Assembly (NCBI GenBank): GCA_024704765.1 | Contig: JAKMXF010000322.1 | Coordinates: 248,001 to 312,000 of the forward strand | Reading direction: 5' to 3' | From: Oopsacas minuta | Taxonomy: Eukaryota; Animalia; Porifera | DNA length: 64,000 nt | In this document: piece after piece, positions 52,223-64,000 of the stretch | Layout: every line of letters starts with the position of its first letter | Numbering within the stretch: position 1 is the first letter of the stretch | Program-made: the position numbers and the translations under genes | The notes under the pieces: model-generated | Database searches by the model: none | What the model saw: only the letters and a program-made list of their open reading frames with translations | Told to the model about the DNA's origin: nothing

Positions 52223-53167
52223 GGCGAATTTTTAACGAATGGAACGCTAATACCGACGGACCCTCTCACCACTAACTGAAATCATCCCAACAACGAGCTG
52301 GTCTCGACCTCCGCAAGCCGATAACAACTAATTGAGAGGATTTGAAAACAGTCAGTAGCAAGAAGCAGCATCAGCGAACCATAAAATAGCGAACGAAGAA
52401 GCGTACGTACGTAGGTGCGAACTAACGACGGAGTGTAGTAAATAAAGAATTATACTCGTATATATATATGAATTGATTAGTGTCAGGTGTTGCAACGGTA
52501 ATAATATAATTATTATTACCGTAGTTATACACCTGCAATATAGTGCTTATATTAAACTAACTGTAACACCGGCAGTATCTATATATAACACCTGAATATT
52601 TGTACTGTACCAATTACAACACCTGCAGGTTTGTATTATTACAGGCTATAACACCTGCAGTAGAGTATAGAGTATATATACGATATATTCTATTAGTTTA
52701 GTTTTCTACTAATCTCTAACACATAATTAATACTTTTCTTTATTATACGTTTAAGGCTGGTAAAATTTGGAATTTTTGAATGCACAAAAAGTGTAAAAAG
52801 TCGAAATTTTTTAAACGAGGTGTGAAATAATTGGTGTTCCGATTCATTACACTCGTAACGCATAGGCCGTAATTAAATCAGAGATGCAAACTCTCACTCA
52901 CACAGAATTCGTTACCCTCTAAATCTATAATACATTCCTGAATGACTCATCCTAGCAACATAAGAGCTGGCCTATTAAATGTACAGGATCTCAAAATTGT
53001 TATAGAAGTGACAAAGGTTGGGAAAGGCTGCTGAATATATATTTATGAATGTATTAATATGCAAAATAAATATACAAAATACAATAACAAAAATATTTAC
53101 AAATAAAGTCTGTATGTGAAATATAAATCAAAACACAAACAAATAAAATAACAACTAACACAGTTGT

Positions 53168-56097
53168 TTAGATCTTACTGTCAAGTTTTGTAGATATTTC
53201 CTTCATTAAGAATTCCAATTGATCGATTTTAATGTTCATCTGTTTGACAGATAGATTCATCTCAGAGACCTGTGATTTCAGAGACTCTAGCTTCATGTCT
53301 TGTCTCTTGAAGTTACCCTCTTGTCCTAAGGGGGGCATAGTGGGAGATTCCATAGATTCAGCAAATGTTACTATAAATAGAATAAGGCCCAGTTAATGAG
53401 AAACTTGTTTCAGCTCCACATGATGTCTATCTGAGGGCATTTCATATCTCATTATGTTATGACGTCATCATAATACAAAGTGTCCAATTCATAGGAAATA
53501 TTTAAATGATTCTACTTCTAAATATGTATAATTAAGCGTGTTAAAGGAGGTCTGTTACTGCTATTCACTCGTTAGTTAGTAAATATATTGTATATTTGAA
53601 TTTCTATGATAAAATGGTGAAATAATGACAAAACTCATGTGACAGGTAAACTTGATGCGGGCGGCGGAGCTGAAATAATTTAGATATTACTTACAAGAGG
53701 TCAGAGCACGTTTCTTCTGTTCTACTTGTTGCATTAGTATATGAACATTCATCTTACTCTGATTACGTGTTATGAGAGCTTTCTGCTTGGCTAAGGACTT
53801 CACTTTAGTAACTTCAGTGGCATCCACATGTCCAAGGACTGGTACATCAGAATCAGGGGCTGGATTAGCTACTTGAAGACCTTCTTTGAATGTTTTGAGT
53901 TCTTCTGATGCCTGTAATTATGCTTAGTTACATTACTGGTAGTTAGGAATGGGGCTGAAGGAGGGTATTTGATAAGACAGGAATTCATATACCATAATTA
54001 TGGATTTGATAGCTGAACACGTTAACAGGTGTTGGGGAGATTGTGGAGAATATTAATAAATATAACTTACAGAAGTTGAGGGGTAATCTGAGGGATTTAA
54101 GTCATAGGAAGCTAAATAAATAATAAGTAAATAAACAAACAAATAAACACACAAAAAAACAAACAAAAAAACATACAACTTACATACAGACTCTCTTACA
54201 CCTTTACTGAGATTAAAGTTATCGCTAGCAACGGAATTGACCTTAGGAATAGAAGAAATCCTTGGTGGAGGTTGTCTGACAGTTGTCCTCTTGTTCCGAT
54301 TCCTTCCACTAGCTCTGAAGTCTTTAACCTAAGCATACAAGGTGTATAATCATATTTCCACACCTTTATATGTGAATACAATATATATATGAACTATGCC
54401 TTATTGAATACAGTCGTGCTTGCTGCAACATTCCTATTCCTATTATATTTCCCTCCACCACCTATGCCATTAGCAGGTAGTTCTGTAGATGTTATAACCA
54501 CAGAGGTAGCGGGTGAATCTACTGGCTCTATGTTGAATGCTGGGAAGAATCCTGACAGCTCTCCGTATTTACAAAACCACCAACCATCCTGGTTTATTTT
54601 CAACACCTATACGAGGACACAATCTGATAACAATTCAACACTCTCTGTATGGTTCGATTCGTGTTTGTTACCTCAATAATATCTCCCTTATCAAGTGATA
54701 ACTCATCCTCACTCTTAGCTACATATCCTTCTATTACATAATACTTCTCTGGTATTGTATCTTTATTGTCATCTTCAAACTCTTCATCTAGTGCCTCTAG
54801 GTATGCGGCGGGTATCCAAGCTTCTAATAGCTCACCTAAACAATGAGGTGTTAATTAGGACAATAGAGGAGTTTACTGTTTATGACCAATTGGACAAGTG
54901 ACCGTCTCTAGCGATATAACACCTGTCATATTGGTCACTAAGAACTTACCATCACTTTCTACACCCAGCTTGAGGGCTAACCACCATCCATCTGGATCAC
55001 TCTCTAGGACAAGGAATATATCACCAGGGACACAGGAATGTTGTCCCTCTATTCCAGCATATGGTGCAACAGCTCTATATCTATAAACAACAACAACACC
55101 ACATAAACACCTAAACAAGTAAACAAACAATACCTTACTTTCCCTCATTCCTTTCTTGTATAGGTTGTACATCAGAGTCCCTTATAGCATCAGAGGTGTC
55201 AAGCTCTTCTAGGAATGTAGATGGTGCCCACCCGCTCTTCCCCTGGCACTCACAGAACCACCAACCACCCTCTCTAACAAGGACACTTAACACATCTCCC
55301 TTCTTGAAACTCAGCTGATTGGATTTCTCCTTTGCTTTGAAGTCCGCTACAGCTACGAACTCTTCTATAACAACGCCACCTAGAGATCGGAATGTAATAA
55401 CCACAAATATGTCCCTTGGGTGTATAAATGGCATACCTGTGTGTCCTAGTGGGTGCAGAGAAGCTTTCTGTCCTTTCCCCCTCAACTTGTGATCATATTC
55501 ATCTTTAAGTTTGAAGAATGAATTAATGACAGAAGATCTGAGGATGAATTCATCTAATTTTAGAATACTATTAAGATATTGCTGCATCTTCTCTTGCATA
55601 TCTTTAGGTGATGTAGTTTTGAAGATACTGCTTTTCTTACTTGGGAGTAGAGGAAGAACACGTTCCTAGACAGTATATTGGTTACCATGGTGATTATCAA
55701 GTTATTATATTTCTTGGTGTGATAAGTCAAGCACCTATGGGAACACAGCTCCGAATAATTGTTTGATGGTTTGTTTGTTTGTTTGTTTACCTTTTCAGAT
55801 ATCTGTCCAGCTTGCACAGGAAACATAGCCTCAAGTTCAGACTGGAATTCATAAAAATCAGAGTACAATCTGGACAGAGAGTACCTAGCAGAATCTGACC
55901 ATTCTACGAATAATTCATAACGATATTTCTTGGAATTCGTTCTGTCATCTTTGACGTATGATGTCACCTGTAAATATAAACAATACGTGTTAATCTTTTC
56001 ACACCTATGAATACACAATAAAGTGTCAAATACTAACCTCAATTTGTGTCACACAAGGAGCTGTGAATTGTGAATGCGCTGTGTATTTAAGAGCCAT
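53168..56097 (-). CDS. p47phox/NOXO1/Tks-family organizer: PX + three SH3 + C-terminal coiled coil, about 590 aa
   Basis: Exons 56097-56038, 55967-55791, 55665-55437, 55379-55139, 55080-54950, 54835-54672, 54606-~54412, 54328-54188, 53911-53695, 53370-53168. PX: YELFVEWSD..R...R.YSDFYEFQ..L..MFPVQAG.I...ERVLP.LP. SH3 cores: GGWWFCE..GKSGWAPSTFLE, DGWWL...EAWIPAAYLE and DGWWFCKYGELSGFFPAFNIE. PPPRISSI resembles p47phox PPRRSSI. Confidence 0.85.
53405..53678. mobile_element. MITE, longer relative of 2076-2139 (last intron of the p47phox-like gene)
   Basis: TTGTTTCAGCTCCACATGATGTCTATCT...GATGCGGGCGGCGGAGCTGAAATAA; shares sub-terminal sequence with the 2076 copy. Confidence 0.65.
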
Positions 56098-56282
56098 TAA
56101 TAACTAATATTAACAAATTTGTTGTTATTTGTAGAATGAATAACCTCTTAACACACAGTAAACAATAAAATAAACAAATAGAATATGATATATATGTATG
56201 TATTGTCTCTAAAACGATCTTACAGAATCTAGCATTCCTCTAACACACTTATATCTCTATGCAACTAATCGGCTACTATTCC

Positions 56283-58511
56283 CTAACTACTCTCTGTTTT
56301 AGAATCTTCTGGTTTGTCAACTGGATTAGGCTGCGGATCAGAAGAGGGAGGTTCATCTTTTGCCTCCTCCAAGAGGGGATCAGGTTCCTCTGAGACCACT
56401 GGTACCTCTTCAGGGGCCTCGTATGGCAGCTGCTCGAGCATAGTCTCTAAGGCCCGTTGACATGACTGCCAGGATACGTGAGGGATATTGATATGTCTTC
56501 TACGTCTACGTGTTACCTACAAAAATTCACATAATAATATTATATTCCATTAGCCAGATTGGTTGTCAGGGTGTCACGAACCTCTCCTACCTCGCTGACT
56601 TGCAGGAATACTCCCATTTCATTCCTCCTAGCATCGAAATAGAATCTCTTTCTCTTGGATCTGACCTCTATGGTAGCAGGTAGGGTCTCATCTATGCTAC
56701 TGCTCTCAGCTAATGGAATATATGATAAATATGCATATATGTAACCACAGTATAATGAATTCCTTACTCTCTTCATGGTTGCCAGGGTTAACAGTAGGAT
56801 TGGATATAGCTGGCTTAGGCTTTGGGTCTGAATCTCCACCCTCTGTAGCCTCAGCGGGAGGAGGAGCAGTCCCATTCTCAACCTCTCTCCTAGGACGTTT
56901 ATTCCTCTCCCTGAGAAAAAGCCTTATATATAATCATGATGGCATTGCATGGCAACGAATAGTTATTAGAAGAATGTAACTATTATGATAGCATTCATAA
57001 TCACAAGACAGATGACAGTAACATAATACTATAGTATAATATGAACCATGAATGTAGATATGTGTCTAATTATGGAGACATCACTTTACATGGTAATATC
57101 CTGAAACTAGAAATTTTTCCTTGGAGAATTCATTATACCTATATTCTCGGGGTTCTCTCCTCTCCCGTGGAGGTTCTCTATACTCCCTCTCTCCTCTACG
57201 ATCTCCTCTATAGTCTCGAGGGTCTCTACCCTCCCTTGGTTCGGGCCTATTGTCTCTGATATCTCTACGATTCCCTCTCTGATCTCTTGGGTCCCTAGGA
57301 TCCCTCTCTCTAGGGTCCCTCTCTCTAGGGTCTCTTTCTCTAGGGTCTCTTTCTCTAGGGTCCCTCTCTCTTGACCTCTGTGGAGGAGAAGCTACACGTA
57401 GTATCTCCCCAATGACGTCACGTAACACCTCTAGCCCTTCAGATGGTACAATCACTTGAGTGCGCTCCTCTCCATTCCTAGGGCTCTGTTCCGTAACCTA
57501 GAAACCATATATCATGAATGGAATCTATAAATACTCCTAATACTATACCTTCAGAAATTTTCCTCTGTTATTCTTCCTCAAATCGATATACAGAGTCTTC
57601 CTTTCGTTAGTAATCTTCTGACTATGTGTATAATAGGTAACACCTCTGTGTACTAAGGTAAATTAGAATGGAATGTATACTCACGTTTCTATCCTTTCTG
57701 AAGAGTCAGCTGGTCCATTCTCACCTATAAACAGAAAGATACTTGTATAGCGGACCGTGTTAACACCTCTGTTAATATATACACTAACCTGTATCATTGC
57801 TATCCTTCTCTAGTATATCAACATATTGTGTCAAGACATCTATAAATTCCTGGAATAACTCTTGGGGGATAATCACACGGTTCCTGCCACTTCCTCTGTT
57901 CTGATTAGACTACAAGAAGTGTTAATAGGAGGGTAACAACTGGGAGAACTCTGCGGACAAGAGAGACCCCTCTTAAATGTCATAATTATAATCTAACACC
58001 TCATTTGTATATATATATATGTAAAATCACCTCGATAATCTTTATGAATTTCCCAAAACCGTTCTCCTTCAAGTCAATATAGAATCTCTTTTGATCTACG
58101 TGTAGAGTCTTACTTATCAATTCATCTAAACAGAAACAAACAAACAAACAACTATATCATAGACTAATAAACAAACAAACAATTACCATCATAATTGGGT
58201 CTCCGTCTAGGAGGTCCTGCCCTCAGGGGAGGAGAGTACATATCATACTCTCTTCTAGATCCTCTCATTTGATCCATGTCTCTAGGAACACCTAAATAGC
58301 AAATAGTAATGAATTCCAATTGATACAATTAGTAGTTAGGGAAGTTAACAGTAGACCTCTTGGTAACAGCCCCCTACCATTGGACAAGAGGTTTAGGTCC
58401 TGACCAATTGGACAATAAGGGTACAGGGGGTATGGTATTTGACCCCCTAGGGGTCTAATTTGTACCTTGTCTCGGCATTCCTCTTGCACCTCTTGGTCTA
58501 TAAGTCACCAT
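56283..58511 (-). CDS. PURA: Pur-alpha/beta family nucleic-acid-binding protein (3 PUR repeats) with RE/RD insert, about 440 aa
   Basis: Exons 58511-58466, 58291-58187, 58125-58031, 57900-57789, 57724-57685, 57621-57549, 57497-57139, 56910-56768, 56709-56591, 56516-56283, all phase-consistent. PUR repeats: ELISKTLHVDQKRFYIDLKENGFGKFIKIIE, KITNERKTLYIDLRKNNRGKFLKVTE and EVRSKRKRFYFDARRNEMGVFLQVSEV. Confidence 0.88.
57295..57371 (-). repeat. 15-bp coding tandem repeat encoding (RERDP)x5 in the Pur gene
   Basis: AGAGAGAGGGACCCT-like unit repeated five times. Confidence 0.9.
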
Positions 58512-59118
58512 CTTTCTATTCTATTCTGTTTCGCTAATTAATCTCAACAACAGCTCAGCATCGACCTCCTACTCACGCTACACAGCTGTAAATAATAACA
58601 AACTGGTCATACAAGGTGTTAATACATTCTATATACTCTGGGGGCAGCTGGTATTGGGGTTGACGGGTGGGATAGACCCGTCAAAATGGAGAAATGTTCT
58701 ATAACAAGGTGTAAAAAGTGGAAAAATTGTGTCACTATGTATATGCCATAGGTGTGAAAATGAGAATTTACCTGTGAAAATGTATAATATAACAAAATAA
58801 TAAAAATATAAAAGCTTTTAGAAAAATTCCTGAAAAATTGTAAATTCAGAATTCAAATTCTTAAACAAAGGTTGTCTAATAAATAACTTCCTCTTCGTTA
58901 CCAAGCAAATCTGTGAAGTATGTTAATAACTAAAATTCAACAAACAAATATTTGTACATTTAATACATTCCTATAACATTCCAATGAATACACCATAGCA
59001 ACGAGAGAATACGACACATTATCATTACAGCAAAATATCAAATAGATTAAAATTAGAAATGTGGAAGCAATTATCCAATCTGATGCATAAAAATAATTAA
59101 AATATTTGCCGTGATTAA

Positions 59119-63194
<4,076 letters not shown>

Positions 63195-63470
63195 GATGAG
63201 TGTTAATATATAATCTAATGTAAATAACAACAAACGAGGAGATAAATATATATACATATTAATACGGAACTAAAGGAATATTATAGTTCCTCCTAATGGA
63301 CCCTTGATTATGACTCTAGAAGACAGCTTGGGTGTCGTCTAGGGGGCACCCCTCTCACCCCTTAAACAAGTCCATATAGCTAGAGTAATTAACACTAATT
63401 AATATCCATAGTAGTAGTAATAATATAATCGAATAATACTGCATTCCTATCTCGTATCTTAGCAACATAA

Positions 63471-63653
63471 TTATTTCTTGATCTCCTCTTTGATCATCCT
63501 ACCGTCCTGCCATCTATGAATCTTACTCATAGACTCCCCTCTCTTAGTTAACAATGCCTTGTATTCTGGTTTGAGTAGTCTCTGTAGATGTTTAGCACAA
63601 ATTCGTGAGAACTGGACATAGTTTAGTCCTGCTATCCGCCAGAATTGTACCAT
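63471..63653 (-). CDS. ATP5F1E: Mitochondrial ATP synthase F1 subunit epsilon
   Basis: MVQFWRIAGLNYVQFSRICAKHLQRLLKPEYK matches the family signature W R x A G L x Y I/V x Y/F S x I C A K x (V/L) R x x L K x E. Confidence 0.85.
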   Translation of the reverse strand: MVQFWRIAGLNYVQFSRICAKHLQRLLKPEYKALLTKRGESMSKIHRWQDGRMIKEEIKK

Positions 63654-64000
63654 TCTAATTTGGATGCTAGAATATATTCATAAGGACAAGGACAGGACAA
63701 GGTATGGGAATTAATACTGGCCCCTACTTGTCTATTTTTAGTAAGGTAGACAGGACAGAGAGGTTATCCAACCTTCAATTCTACTGCCGACAAATACATA
63801 ATTCTATATTACACATGTTAACATTCTTATCACTGTTTGAGGTGTTATACAATACTAGGAAACTCAGGGGTCATATAGCCCAATCGGTCTCAGGGTGTGG
63901 GTGCTATTTGTTACTTGCCTCACTTTCTTAGGGAAAATCTTACACATGACATCAGCAGAATACGAACACAAAAATAAAATCTGTCTGGAAATAAATCGCT

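Noticed and set aside
51650-52485. Solo LTR (TG...CA)
   Set aside because: No target-site duplication, PBS or PPT could be found; kept only as an unresolved repeat-like block.
52484-52659. CRISPR-like array
   Set aside because: The repeats are only about 9 bp, spacing is irregular, no cas genes are present, and the context is eukaryotic.
54873-54949. Apparent long insertion inside the second SH3 domain
   Set aside because: A perfect GTAAGT donor after 54950 removes it and gives a normal SH3.
63700-64000. Possible additional exon or gene at the right edge
   Set aside because: Only short ORFs without recognisable homology; it cannot be resolved within the window.

Overview
This is AT-rich eukaryotic (animal) genomic DNA with short GT-AG introns and tightly packed genes. 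The gene content is most consistent with a sponge or another early-branching animal (inference). Nine protein-coding genes were reconstructed by hand. (1) On +, the 3' ~6,900 codons of a giant single-pass 'coherin'-type cadherin (18-24647, 5' end outside the window). It contains 16 cadherin repeats and four TMEM132-like cohesin/Ig modules. Three of these modules end in a cellulosome-type cohesin, a furin site and a dockerin. (2) A ~2,400-aa divergent beta-spectrin-like gene (-). Its only frameshift is a 19-bp Nextera/Tn5 adapter left in the assembly. (3) FoxO (+), head-to-head with the spectrin gene. (4) A claudin/PMP22-like tetraspan gene. (5) CUEDC1. (6) A PX + 3xSH3 p47phox/Tks-like organizer. 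(7) A Pur-alpha-like gene with an RE/RD repeat insert. (8) ARHGAP39. (9) ATP synthase epsilon. The window also holds a 1-kb N gap and several MITE families, mostly in introns. The strongest candidate for a new system is the coherin. If furin cuts between each cohesin and the following dockerin, the products are head-to-tail dockerin...cohesin subunits plus a membrane-anchored dockerin-only subunit. That would be a cellulosome-like snap-together adhesion or matrix filament in an animal. This is inference from motif layout and has not been demonstrated.
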